A stretch of DNA of 64,000 nucleotides, taken from NCBI GenBank assembly GCA_951406725.2, contig OX597815.1:148304001-148368000 (forward strand), written 5' to 3'. The notes beneath the pieces were generated by a model. That model saw nothing but the letters and a program-made list of their open reading frames with translations. It ran no database searches and was not told the DNA's origin. This document shows positions 1-12,974 of this stretch, piece after piece. A program made the position numbers and the translations under genes. The DNA comes from Octopus vulgaris. Its lineage: Eukaryota. Position 1 is the stretch's first letter. The number at the start of each line of letters is the position of its first letter.

Positions 1-350
1 TATCCACCACATGCAAAACGCAACATCCCATACTGCCTAGCCAGAATAATTTTTACCATTGTAGAAGATGCAAATATCAGGAACAAATACCTATCATAAC
101 TTAGAGAATTTTTGCTCAAACAAACATATCTGTCCCTACTTGTAGAAAACGGCATACAGTGGGATATAAAAATACCCATACAACAACTGAGAACAACCTA
201 AGGATGAGGACAACAGCAACAAATCATTTATAGTGATGCATGACCAATGTCATCAGAATATTTTCGTCATTGCCGAAGCAAATCTACCAATCATTACTGA
301 AAATAATGAATCAAAAGATGCAATCACGGATCGACCGATAGTTCTCAGTA
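1..350 (+). pseudogene. Penelope-like element (PLE) RT thumb/linker fragment, decayed, truncated by window edge
   Basis: Frame 1 reads YPPHAKRNIPYCLARIIFTIVEDANIRNKYLS*LREFLLKQTYLSLLVENGIQWDIKIPIQQLRTT*. This matches the PLE thumb pattern HP-x-H-x-K-x-NIPY-x-LARRI-x-TI..L..L...YP...I; in-frame stops present. Confidence 0.8.
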
Positions 351-375
351 AAGACTGCCTAAAAACTAGTAAACA

Positions 376-608
376 AGTATGCAAAACCAGCATCCCTTCT
401 TCGCGCAACCGTCATTATCCAATAGCTAGGCAAAGGCTGATACAGCTTGGCATTAGTGACGTTGCAGCTCATTTCTACAGTTGAGTGAACTGGAGCTACA
501 TGAAATAAAGTGTCTTTCTCAAGGACACAACACACAGCCCCGTTCGGGATTGCGAACTCAGAAGTACACTCTAACAGAAGAACACTCTAACAATAGAGCC
601 GTGTGCTT
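376..608 (-). mobile_element. tRNA-derived SINE, family C (decayed)
   Basis: Shares ctcatttctacag(c/t)tgagtgaactggagc..tgaaataaagtgtc core with copies at 4645, 13060, 23713 and 33064. Confidence 0.75.
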
Positions 609-1617
609 GGGCAATGTTAGCAGACTTTTTATAAAATATTCTTGTTAATGTTATCTGAATATTGCTTTCATTTATATAGTGTTATAAATTTTGATACATG
701 CTGTATGACTACTTGATTTTCTATGGCGAATGCTTTCACTATAACTGATTCGTAAAATTGTCCTAATTTATCGACACATTAAATACTTAAATAAATGCAA
801 GCCTTAGAATACAGATATCTTTAATTTAAGTCTTAATTGAAATTTTGCTCCCTAAATATAGCGAAAAGCCTAGAAAATTACAAAATGTTGCGGAAATATA
901 ATGTCATTTAAACGAAAACTTATCAATCTCATGTAAGATTTTGCTTAACATTCCTCCCAATATACAGGGCTGACTACCATAACAATCTCACCTATTCTTT
1001 AATCCCCGAGAATCAAATAACATCTGCCACACATCATTAATAAACTAGACAGCGATTGGAGACATGGAGATCAGATAGCTAGGTAGAAAAATGTAATCCG
1101 AGAACGATAACAATATAGACAGTTATCTGAAGAGATCGATAGAAGGGAAAAAAAACAGGAGGTTTGAAAGAATGAAAATTGGCGAACAGAGAGAGAAAGA
1201 GAGAGAGAGAGGGGGGGCCATGAATATATACATGGCGACATCAGTACAATGACAAAGTGTTAAGCTACCGAGTTATTGCGGAAAATAGATAAGAGAACAT
1301 AGGGAAAGATTACAGAAATAAAAGGAAGGTGTAAATCTTTGCAATTGTAGAGATACAATAGACAGAGTGAGAAGAGAAAATTTTGCATAACAACATCTGG
1401 AAATATTATTGCAACAAATATGCATTTCTTATTAATGCCTCAGACTTTGTATTCTGATTAGTTTTGAGAATTATGTTTCAGTTGGCTTGGCTTTAGTTTA
1501 TAACGAAATTCTCCCAAGGCGAAAAGATTCATAGAAATAAATTTAGAACCAGTCACTTATAAAACTTACATATATGCGTACATATTTATATACGCAGCAC
1601 ATGGACAGATATGATTA

Positions 1618-1618
1618 T

Positions 1619-1671
<53 letters not shown>

Positions 1672-1693
1672 CATACATACATACATACATACG

Positions 1694-1753
<60 letters not shown>

Positions 1754-1795
1754 TATAAATATATATAAATACATATAGATACATGTGTGTATCTA

Positions 1796-1847
<52 letters not shown>

Positions 1848-1951
1848 TAGATACACACATGTATTTATATGTATTTATATATATAAGATCTTTTTGCGTA
1901 ATAAGATAAAAACCCAAGGCTGTATAGATATTAGAGCATCTATATATGTAT

Positions 1952-2003
<52 letters not shown>
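1618..2003. repeat. Compound (TA)n/(TACA)n microsatellite cluster containing an internal palindrome
   Basis: Direct reading; inverted unique arms at ~1761-1800 and ~1844-1882 surround a (TA)n tract. Confidence 0.95.
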
Positions 2004-2005
<2 letters not shown>

Positions 2006-2030
2006 TTATACACATATATACATACACAAA

Positions 2031-3291
2031 TACGAGGGTTGGCTGAAAACTTCAGAGACAACAAAACATTCTTATAAAACGTGATCATAAGAGGTTTGTT
2101 TTCTAGCATAATCTCTTATTGCAGTATACACTTTTCTTTCATCGATGTTGCGATGCTTAGATCCAATGGAGTCAGAATCTCCATTGCTGCTGGTCAAAGA
2201 AGTAAAGCCATCAAGAACAAATATGACGTCATCTTCACTACGATACTGCTTCCTAGCCGACTGTTTGTGCATGTTGAGAAATAGATTATAGATATAGGGA
2301 TAAATCTGGGCAATAGTGAGGGCGACCAAACAATTACATACAACAACCTTTCAAACCGTTGATTTCTGTACAGGATTAATGTTCTGATGACACAAAACAT
2401 TGTTAGTCAGTCTCCCTGAGCGTTTGATCTTAATAGCCTTTCGTAAGTGCCTCAGTAAGGTGGCATAGCATTTTCCATTGATGCTCTGGTTTTTGAAAAA
2501 CGACAGTTCCCTTTGAATCTAAAAAAAAAAAACTGAGGCCGGCAGCTTCCCTTTAAAGGTACCGTTCTTAGCCTACTTTAGAACAGGCGAAAAGGCTTGT
2601 TTCCACTGCAGGGAGTGTCACTTTATCTCTGACACAATTGGATGAGCCCAACATTCATACCGAGTTAGGAACGTTTAGGAACCCGCTGGATCTGCCTCAA
2701 ATAAAGTGAGATTTTCCGGTGATGTGACGAAATTGGTGTGCTATTGATCAGATGCCAGAAGACGCAGCACCCACAGTGTAGAAGCCTTCGTCATGTCAAG
2801 TTTATTGTGCAGAATACTCTCAACTCATGAACAGCTCTTATAGCACTGTTCATATGATTTATAGTCAATCGCCTGTCATCCATCACCATGTGGTGCACAG
2901 AATGAATGTTTTCTTCAGTGGTGGTTATTGCAGGACGTCTAGGCCTGCGATCATGTTTGAGAATCTCCATTCCTCTCCTTAATTTTGCTGCCGAATTTTA
3001 CACCGTTGATCATCTAATGTAGCGACCGTATGACCATTAATGTCCATGATGACTAAACTCTTTTTGTCTGGAGCAACATGACAATACTGTGTTGCCGAAT
3101 TTTGTCGAATTTCAAGGCAGTTCGCTACAAATTCCATTTGAAGTCTTCTTTAAACAGACGGATTCAATTTTTGGTGAGAAAAATGAATGACAATGATAAT
3201 AAAATGTGTTCAAACCATTGCATGCAAGATTTCACAGGCTTAGTATCGATCCTTTATAGTCAGCATATAAAATTTTCAGCCCCTTCTAGTA
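2031..3291 (-). mobile_element. Decayed mariner (Tc1/mariner) DNA transposon, ~1.26 kb
   Basis: Imperfect TIRs TAcgagggttggctgaaaactt and aaaattttcagccccttctagTA with flanking TA. Minus-strand remnants resemble the mariner C-terminus (Y-x-PDL-x-P, then LFLNMHKQSARKQYRSEDDVI); many stops and frameshifts. Confidence 0.8.
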
Positions 3292-3990
3292 TATTGACAA
3301 AAATACACATATATATATATATATATATATACGTACATACATATATGTATGTATATACACAAAGATACAAAGACAGACTAAGAAAAAATTATTATGAATA
3401 CAAAATATGCCTGTACAAAAACTAGAAATTAAAACACCAGTCTGTTACACGGAATCTCTGTCAAGTGTATTTGTACGTATATATTAGAAACGTGACGGAG
3501 GACAAATACTACCAAATATATACTTTAGGATTTTTCTCTCATGCTAAGCATAGTCCAAGGTATATAATTTCCAGTCAAAACAGACGCTATCTAATAATAT
3601 ATTCAGCAGAAAGATCCTGAGGAAGATTGTTTAATATGATTCATCACGTTCGGTTGGACTGCTTCACGGAATATAAATCTTCATGTGTGTTTTTACACGT
3701 ATGAAAGATTAAAATTTATTCAAATCTAGTTTGATATTATCAACATGCATTTTGTTGAAAGGAATGCTGATGTGTGTATAAGAATATTAAATGAAATGTA
3801 GAAGTGATCATGTCAATATGTACAAAAATATAGAGATTCAATTTTGCTTTGATCCCATTGTAACTTATGCCAGATTCAAATGTAAATTTATGTTTCCGAA
3901 TCATTTTGAAGAATAAGGAGACCAAAAGAAATCCACTGTATCGTTTGGCGATTTTCTTCCTCCGTCTTCCCTTCCTTTGGACTTACCGCT

Positions 3991-4025
3991 ATTTCTGATG
4001 AAGAGCTTGGCTCGAAACGTAAAAT
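3991..4025 (+). ncRNA. Minimal type I hammerhead ribozyme motif in a PLE-type repeat (~3930-4130)
   Basis: attt-CTGATGA-A-gagc(ttg)gctc-GAAA-CG-TA-aaat: stem I attt/aaat, intact core with an extra A after A9, 4-bp stem II, palindromic ACGT stem III. Confidence 0.75.
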
Positions 4026-4180
4026 CCTGTCTTTCCTTTCCTGAGTGTCTGATAATGCAGTACTTGTACCACGTCCTCCGGTTATTGCTTTTTCTTGTTT
4101 CTTCTTTGTTTGGACTCACAATGTATATATGTATATATGTACATATATATATTGAAGATAAGAATATAGTGTCAGTACAA

Positions 4181-4613
4181 AAGTTGGCGAGCTAGCAGAA
4201 ACGTTGGGACGCCGGGCGAAATACTTAGCATTATTTCGTCTGCCATTACGTAGTGAGTTCAAATTCCGCCGAAGTCGACTTTGCCTTTCATCATTTCAGA
4301 GTTGATAAATTAAGTACCAGTTACGCAGCGGGGTCGATGTAATCGACTTAATCCCTTTGTCTGTCCTTATTTGTCCCCTCTATGTTTAGCCCCTTGCGGG
4401 CAATAAAGAAATAAGAAACGTTTGCACGCCGAGCGAAAATGTAAACGGTATTTCTTCTATCCTTACGATCTGATTTCAAATTCCACCGAGGTCGACTTTG
4501 CCTTTCATCCTTTCAGGGTCGATAAATTAAATACCAGTTGAGTACTGGGGTCATCTACTTGACTGGAACCATCCCCAAACATTTTGGGTGTTGCGCCTAG
4601 AGTAGAAAAGAAA
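4181..4613 (+). mobile_element. Dimeric tRNA-derived SINE, family B, with 15-bp target-site duplication
   Basis: Two units each with ttcaaattcc B-box and gactttgcctttcatc..gataaatta..taccag core (resembles the Meta/MESC-type central domain). TSD ATAGTGTCAGTACAA at 4166-4180 and 4614-4628. Confidence 0.85.
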
Positions 4614-4644
4614 ATAGTGTCAGTACAAGAGGTAAGTGTGAAAC

Positions 4645-4950
4645 AACCCACTTCGGTCACAAATGACCATGGAATTGCAGCAAGAATGTTCTGCTCCGAG
4701 GCACTACTCCGGGAAAGACTGTTTTGCAGAAGACCGGCAGTCTCCCCTCTCAATCCCACTGATGTTGCCTCAGGGGAAAGGCAAAAATCTGATACTGCTG
4801 GGCACCAGTGACATCGCAACTCATTTTTGCAGCTAAGTGAACTGGAGGAAAATGAAATAAAGAGCAGAACATATAAACCGGTCCGGAAATGGAACTCACA
4901 ACCTCCTGATTGTATACCCAGTGCCCTAACCACTGATCTATGTGCCTTAT
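4645..4950 (-). mobile_element. SINE family C
   Basis: tRNA-like head on minus strand near 4880-4950; same core as the 33064 copy. Confidence 0.8.
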
Positions 4951-5880
4951 GAAGGGTTAAAGAGGACATTTGTACAGATCTCCTTCGGAACTCTGTTTAT
5001 CATTTGAAGCTAAAATCGTTATATAATACTTAGTTTAAACGACGTCCCACCGTCAACTTCAAGAATGTTTATGGCAAAATTCCTCAAATATTTAAAACAA
5101 ATAGCGATAGGATATATATAGTATTAGGTTATACAAGAGATAACTATTATGATCATGATAGACCATAAAAGATGAATGTTGTAAATCAAATATTCGTGAA
5201 TTGATTAAAATAAATTAAGAATAAAAAATAATCACTGGTTAAGGAATTCTTCGCGCCAATCTACGAGTGTATGTAGGATGTCCCTGGAACTCAGTTCCCC
5301 CGTGAATAAATGATGCATTACAAGGAGAACTTAAGGCTTGCTTAGAAGAAGATTGAAAGGGAAGTGTTTTGATCCTATTGGAACACATTACGATGCAGTA
5401 GTCACTTTTAGTCTTAGTTTAATCAACGCAACAGGATTGTACTGCGAAAAGGACTAGCAGCAATTTCTTAAAATAATTAACAAAATAATGAAATTAGTTA
5501 GCTCTAGAAAACCCGATCGTATGGATATATAAAGATAATTCAGCCGATAGCACACGCAATACTTTCTGACTTAAATATTATTTGCAGCTACTCAAAATAT
5601 AACAACGCTACACAATTTCATCCTTTACTCAAGCGAAAAGGCAGTGCACGTGACTCTATATGTTGTCTCTCAGATTGGTTTGAGGGAAGCTGGAAGGTAT
5701 CTCTAAACAGGAAACGAGGCCGAATGCAAGCAACTGAATAAATTCTGCTGAAGTTAGTTCAGGTGGCAGATGATAGCATCAGACCAGACAACATTTCGTT
5801 TACAAGTAATAGGGAAAATGATGATGATCCGTCAGCGACGCTCACATAAGTATTAAGTCTGCACAATACATGCAGAAGTA

Positions 5881-5897
5881 TATCTATCTATCTATCC

Positions 5898-5977
<80 letters not shown>

Positions 5978-6003
5978 CTCTATCTATCTATCTATCTATC
6001 TAT
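5881..6003. repeat. (TATC)n microsatellite
   Basis: Direct reading. Confidence 0.95.
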
Positions 6004-6304
6004 ATTTTATACATGTTTGCATATATACATATATGTGTGTGTGTATAATTTGCCTCGTGTTCATATTAAATGTGAGAAATTCCTCGTTTAAATGTTTGAA
6101 TATTTAGAGTACAGGTTAATTTGTCCACCAATACAAACAGAGACACAAGAACATATGTACAAATTGTTGCATATAAATGCAGACTTAAAAGTCCACACAC
6201 ACAATCACACAACGCGCGCGCGCGTATATATGTTATTGTTACTAAATGTGTCTCGGGTATTAAAGAGTACCTACATTGGTAGATATGAGAGCAAGACGAT
6301 CTCA

Positions 6305-6453
6305 TACTCTGTGTCACGGGGAATCTCCCTGAGAACTACGTTAAGTGTACACGTGACTATGGAGTGCGCAACCACTTGCTAGTTCATTTCCCGAGCAAGC
6401 TGTTCGGTTGATCCTATCTTTTAGGACCCTCGTCGTCGTAAGCGGCGGGGTGC
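6305..6453 (+). mobile_element. SINE family D, 3' portion
   Basis: gaatctccc.gagaactacgttaag.gtacacg...cctcgtcgtcgtaa matches the 3' half of the 17132 copy. Confidence 0.75.
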
Positions 6454-6472
6454 TTATATATATATATATATA

Positions 6473-7023
6473 TCTTATATAAAATCCGTTCTGTGTGTCT
6501 GTCAGTGTCTTCTCAGATCTCGGGCATCCTCCATCCGATTGCGCAAAAATGTAATATGTAGATACCGATGGTATCAGGGCGTGTAAAAGTGTTGAAAAAA
6601 TTACAAAACTCGATTCCAGATGAGTATGCGACTAATAAAGTCGTTTCTGTCCTGCTTTTCTTACGCCAACCTGTACATAACTGCACCTTCCATGTTTTTG
6701 TTGTTTTTGTACTGCATAAAGGCACGTTTCTTTCCTGCTAAGCTTACTGTTTAAATCATGTTTGTGTTCTCCCAGTCAACAGCCTTATCACTACTGGTAC
6801 TTTAGACTCTTCAGTTGCATATTTGTCTGAATAATATCGTTTTTCTTTGGAAGAGAAAAAAAGTCTAACTTTATTTCTTTTTTTGCTGGTGTCTCAAATT
6901 TAGATTAAATCAGTGTTTCTCAAAAGAGAGACTATGGGAGGTTAGGACTAGTTGTTATCAGAAAATTTGGTTTAAATGTTTAACATATCAGCACCGTCCA
7001 TTGGACGGGGGTCGTTTTGCTTG
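6473..7023 (+). mobile_element. Non-autonomous Helitron
   Basis: Starts A|TCttatataaaa..gtgtgtctgt; ends with hairpin CCGTCC-att-GGACGG followed ~11 nt later by CTTG|T (consensus CTAG); sits between A and T with no TSD. Confidence 0.7.
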
Positions 7024-7060
7024 TATATATATATATATATATATATATGATGTATGTATA

Positions 7061-7217
7061 GGCGCAGGAGTGGCTACGTGGTAAATAGCTCGCTATGCAA
7101 CAAGTTAGTTCCGGTTCAACTCCACTACGTCGCAACTTGGGTGTCTCTACTAAAGCCTCGGGCTGACCAAAGCCTCGAGAGTAGATTTGGTAGGCGGAAA
7201 CTGAAATAAACCATTCG

Positions 7218-7254
<37 letters not shown>

Positions 7255-7330
7255 ATTTGGGTATCTGTGTTTTTCCCCATCAGCACCGCTTGACAACCGA
7301 TAAAGTTGATGTGTTTATGCCCCCGTATAT
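7061..7330 (+). mobile_element. SINE family A (internal microsatellite), 3' truncated by a family B insertion
   Basis: ggcgcaggagtggct..gtggtaa A-box head, gatttggtag.cggaaactgaaa core, then TA/TG repeat; matches the 39640 copy. Confidence 0.8.
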
Positions 7331-7335
7331 AAATA

Positions 7336-7778
7336 GGGCGAGCTGGCAGAAACTCTAGCACGCCGGGAGAAATGCTTAGCACTATTTCGTCCATCTCTAC
7401 GTTCTCAGTTCAAATTCCGGCGATGTCGAATTTGGGATTCATCCTTTCCCGGGTCGATGAATTAAGTACCAGTTGTGTAGTGCAGTCGATTATTCGACTG
7501 ACCCCTCCCCAAGAATTTTGGGCCTTCTGCCTACAGTAGAAAAGAATATTCATCTCTCGATAAGGCGGAGAGCTGGCTGCAGCTTTACCGTAACCAGCTC
7601 AAAGCTTAGCAGCGTCTTGTCCGTCTTCACGTTCTAAGTTCAAATTCTGACGAGATCGATTTGATTTTCATCCTTTCGAATTTTAATGAGACCAGTACCA
7701 GTTGAGCACTTGCGATAATTACTTCGACTTATCGCCAGCCCCCTCTCTGGCCTTCTGCCAAAAGTTCAAAGCACTATA
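7336..7778 (+). mobile_element. Two adjacent SINE family B copies (7336-7548, 7563-7778)
   Basis: ggcg.gagctggc heads, gttcaaattc B-boxes, tcatcctttc core. Confidence 0.8.
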
Positions 7779-7824
7779 CATCTATTCTTCTGTTTAATCT
7801 ATCTAGCTATCAAATTACAACCAC

Positions 7825-7827
<3 letters not shown>

Positions 7828-7874
<47 letters not shown>

Positions 7875-7947
7875 ATATATATATATGTGTATGTATATAT
7901 ATATCTATATATATATATGTGTGTATATATATATGTATATATATATG

Positions 7948-8044
<97 letters not shown>

Positions 8045-8060
8045 ATAAATAGATAGATAG
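7828..8060. repeat. Compound (TA)n/(TG)n/(GATA)n microsatellite
   Basis: Direct reading. Confidence 0.95.
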
Positions 8061-8724
8061 AGGAAAAGAAATAGAAATATTGCTGTATACAATTTTAAAT
8101 ATTTGTGTGTCTATATGTATGTTGGTATAAGCTTGCAAATGTATATATATTTGTATGTGTATTTGTATATATACATATATAAGTCTGTGAGAGATAAAGA
8201 AGGCCTATAAATAATGTGTGTATTGGTATGTTATTTGCTTATTATTCCCTAATAGAATCTAATCTATTTACCAAATAGCATCAGACATAATGGTACAACA
8301 CCAGCCCTGAACGTCTTGGACAATTTCTTTCTTTCCCTTAATATAAAAGAGAAAATAAAAAAAAATACTCTAACTTCCTCTATGTTATTTCTTTTTCTTT
8401 CTCTTACAACGTTTGCACCAATTAGATAAAGGGGGAATTTCGTGATTTATATCCATACATACAAGTTATTGAACAAATTTCCTCCATAATTAAATATCAG
8501 ACACGATGATTTCTCATGCGTCACTAAACTTAAGAATGACCGGAGTTGAAGATCCTAAGAGAAATTATATCGCACAGTTGTGAATTTTGGTATTATTTAA
8601 TACATTTCAATAGCAGCTCTATCAATAATATAATACAGAGCGAATTGAAGTGGAAAAACACAGTACATATGCACAAACACATACGCGCATATATATATAT
8701 GTCTCGTTCTCTCTCTCTCTCTCA

Positions 8725-8762
<38 letters not shown>

Positions 8763-9698
8763 GCACAAACATATATATATATGTATATTTGAATTTTGTG
8801 TGGTTTGTTCAGCACATTTGAATAGGAAGTACTCCTACGAAACAAAGATATGTGTATTAGTTTTGTTCAATTCTTCAATTTCCAATTTAAGTACTAATTA
8901 CAAAATGTGAACATATTATTTATGAAATGTATGAATAATACGTTGTTTCCCCATTAAGTATTAGCGTATTGTCAATGAAAGAACATATTCGTGTTCATAC
9001 AAAGATAAATGAGGAAAATAATCATTTCGAACACAAATATAATTACAAGAATATTAGAATAAGTTACCAATACCACAAGAAGGGATAAGGATATTCCATT
9101 CTAAATCTGTTAATGTAAGCGAACATAATGTAAGACACTGGGCTCACTGCAAATTAGTTTTACTAAAATTTCTGTGAGAAAGATTCAATTCCTCATTTGA
9201 AAATGGTGTTTTTATAACTCTTGCTATCGTGTCACTGATTATTTAGAACACATAATTTCATATTGGAAATTTTTTGTAGCATTAATGAAATGGACATTGA
9301 TGATAAATTTGGTCTGCGTGTCTAAATACACACACACACACATATATATAGAGAGAGTAGTGGTACAACAAGGCACCAACGTTTAATGGAAATAGCAGTC
9401 GATAAATTTACGACGCTAAAGTAAATCTTCACTGTACATATATTGGCAGCGAGGAAGAATATTAGATAAATGGACAACCGAGAATCGGATAATCCAGTAC
9501 CTTGATCTCGGACTCTTCAAATACGTTTGTTATCGTAAATTTGTTTAGTCTATTACTGCTACATTTAGCTGGACAATATTTCAAATGTTGCTACATCAAT
9601 ACTCGCTTGAACGCCTTGCCCTTATCAGAACCGAGAACAGTGAAAAGTTTCCAATGAAAAAATTAAATATTGCAATACAAATGTATTGCTTTCCAATA

Positions 9699-9712
9699 AC
9701 ACACACACACAC

Positions 9713-9771
<59 letters not shown>

Positions 9772-9815
9772 TATATGTATGTGTATGTATGTATGTATAT
9801 GTATATGTGTATGCG
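9699..9815. repeat. (CA)n plus TATG-type microsatellite
   Basis: Direct reading. Confidence 0.9.
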
Positions 9816-10605
9816 TGCTAACGTTTCTGGCAGCTCACCGCCCTCCGTTCCTCACATATTACGCAACTGTCTTATATCTTCCTTTGCACACGCATGTACA
9901 AACAGTTAATAGCACCCTCACATACACACATACACACATATATGCGCGCACACACACACATATATGCGTGTACTGACACATGCATATATACATGTGTGTG
10001 TGTCTGTGTGTGTGCGCGCATATACTAGAAGGAAATATTTTACCAAGATGAAAAACCCCAATTAATATAGAAATGGTAACATAATCAATGGAAAATAATC
10101 TAATAACAATCACCAAAAAAAAATAATAGGAGGAAATAAAGGTGATCAGCTTAATAATGAATTATATAAACTATAATGGCCTTGCAACATCAATCTAAAA
10201 CACTGAAACATTGTTTGTTACAGATTAGTATATATTAACCAGGTTTTGAATAAATATCGAGCATCACGTTGAACAAATCGTGGTTTCTGGATTCTCGTCA
10301 GAAACATCTAAAATATTTTATTCATCTTATTAAAACAGGTTTTGTCGTTCTCTATAAATGAAGCACGCTGAACGTTATATAACATGAAATTCCTTTCAGA
10401 ACACCGATATTAGTGTTTAGTCTAAATTTTTCCCTTAAACATAATTAACACCTGCCGACTCCAATGACGTGAGCTTCAAATTACTTTTAAAAACTATCGA
10501 TTTTAGTTCTTCATCTGTCTTAATTATTCATCTTGTTTCCCCATTTTTTTCCGCCATTCTGCAAAACCCCAACAATTAGTCTGTTAATTATCTTTTGCTG
10601 AACAA

Positions 10606-10684
10606 TTCTTCTTCTTCTTCTTCTTCTTCTTCTTCTTCTTCTTCTTCTTCTTCTTCTTCTTCTTCTTCTTCTTCTTCTTCTTCT

Positions 10685-10721
<37 letters not shown>

Positions 10722-11075
10722 GGTTCCTTTTTGTTCTTCTCTTCTCTCTAGTCTTCTTTCACTTTTTTTTATCTTCTTTTTTCTTTGTCTATTACTTCTC
10801 CGTTTCACTCTCTTCTTCTTTGGCTACTTCTTTCCTTCTTTCTTTTTATTCGTCTTCGTCTTCTTCTCCTTCTTATTCTCTGTCTTCTCCGTCTCCTCTT
10901 CCCTCCACCTCATCCACTCCCCTACACCCCCCTCCTCTTATTTTCATTCTTCTTTCCCCCAGCTTTGTCGTAATTAACTTTTGTCCATTATCCTCTTCCA
11001 TATTCCTTTCTCACCCAATTCCCTGTCTCGTTTTCTCCCCGCTCCCCAATAAATCCACTCTCATATCTCTCTACA
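10606..11075. repeat. (TTC)n then (GTC)n trinucleotide repeat followed by a long polypyrimidine tract
   Basis: Direct reading; (TTC)n ~10606-10686, (GTC)n to ~10720, then CT-rich low complexity. Confidence 0.9.
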
Positions 11076-11599
11076 ATTTTTATTACGTTTAATTGAAACT
11101 ATTATGGAACCTCTTCACTTAATTAACATTAGCATGCCTATAATTTTATGCATTTCTGTCTTGAGGAAGACACCTTTCTACAACATTCTCATATAAATAC
11201 ATACAATAAATATCTGCCCGCCTCTTCTAATCTGTTAATGTTTTCTTCTAATTTTTCTATCAGTTGTTCCTCATTAGACTAATTTCTATTCCGTATAACA
11301 TGAGTACACTTTAAAATATAAAGATTTATTACAATTTTCACTGTTCCTTCCCTTTTTAATTACTAGTTTTATTTGAACACCTATAGGTCCTTTAGATCAG
11401 AACAGGTCAGAGCAGATGTGAGATATGCGCCGTTGAAACGCTCTGCTGCATTCACTATTTGTCTGTATATTCCTGCTTCCTTCCGGGATGACCTAGCGAG
11501 AAGGCTCTATACGTATAGAGGTATAAAATGTCACGTACCATTACGACTCTCTTACCTATACACCTCTGTTTCTAGTCTACTTGAGAGACGTTTCAAGGT

Positions 11600-12636
11600 C
11601 ATCAGTAATCGAAGTTAACAATACACACATACATGATCCCAAAATTTGGGATACTTCATTCGTCTGTAGAGGAAATCTTCTCCCTATCACAACACGCAAA
11701 ATCCTGACAACAATTGGGAACTTCCACAGAATCAGTGATGTTGACAGTCCCTACCTAAGAAAAAAATGGTGATAGAGGCCTGAGATTAGTGAAGACGGCC
11801 TTCAAATGCCGTCTGGTATCGCATAAGTATCACCTGCAGAACACCAGCAGCAAAAATAAATATATTAATGCAATTCTTAAAAAGTGCAGAGAGCAACATT
11901 GTACGAGTTAGCAGTGAGCTCCCCAAGAAGCATCTCTTCTTGATGATCTCCTATACAGCCCCAACCAGCTGGGCTCTCTTATCTCAGAGAAGATCTGGAT
12001 GGAAAGCAACCAGCATACAAAAAATGACTGTCCGGAAGCTTGAAAGAGACAGTAGATTTGACCCGAAGCGCAGCCTCTCTTGGACACAAAACCCCTACAT
12101 CACATCATAGTTTGAGGACCATAAGTTTGCAATCCAGGAACAAGAGAGACAGTGATGATCTTGTAATCCCAAGGCGCAACCGCATGTGTAGGCTATGTCA
12201 TGTTTCTGTGGAAAAATATCACGCACGTGAGTAGCAGCTGTCCTAAAATGTCATCATGTTACTACCCCCCTATGCGGCACAATGTTGTGGCTAAAGCAAT
12301 TTACAATGCCATCCGCAAAAAAGACTGCCCTGAAATATATTTAGAAAATCCCTGTGTTATAGGATGCATTCATAAATACAAACTCAAGGAATACTGTTGG
12401 AGTATTCCGATCAAAACATCTATCGAATGTAAACATATCAGGCCAGATATCGTTGTTTGGGACAAAGGTATATTCCATCCTAGAATTTAGCTGCCCTGCA
12501 GATATAAATATCTATTTGAAAATCAAAGAAAAAGATAACTGTTTCGAAACTTCCAGTTTCTGTATCCAGATTATGAATTCGTATTCATACCAATAACAAT
12601 TGGAGCAAATTGTTAGTAAATGCTTAAAGGAGAATC

Positions 12637-12640
<4 letters not shown>
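11600..12640 (+). pseudogene. Decayed RLE-type (R2/R4 group) non-LTR retrotransposon, C-terminal part
   Basis: Fragments CRLCHVSVE..H, SSCPKM..YY..RHNVVAKAIY and IKTSIECKHIRPDIVVWDK correspond to the CCHC knuckle, RHN motif and PD-(D/E)xK endonuclease; frameshifted. Confidence 0.8.
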
Positions 12641-12690
<50 letters not shown>

Positions 12691-12693
12691 TAC

Positions 12694-12745
<52 letters not shown>

Positions 12746-12974
12746 GTTTATATATATCATTTATATATATATATGGAATAATTACTATTAAGCATTGTGT
12801 TGTGTAGAAGATATTATATAAAGGATCGTGGGCAAGGCCAAAACAATGCGAAGAAAATGCAAGGTAAATCACTAGAAAACAAATATATAAATTAATGTAG
12901 ACTTACCTTGTATTCAATATTTCGGGGTTATGACCCCATTTTGAATGGAGTCTAAATTCACATATTTGTTTTCT

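Noticed and set aside
5000-5870. Possible piggyBac-like transposase relic
   Set aside because: Only a faint E*MMHYK similarity to DE-x-M-x-x-YKG; no TIRs or continuous frame.
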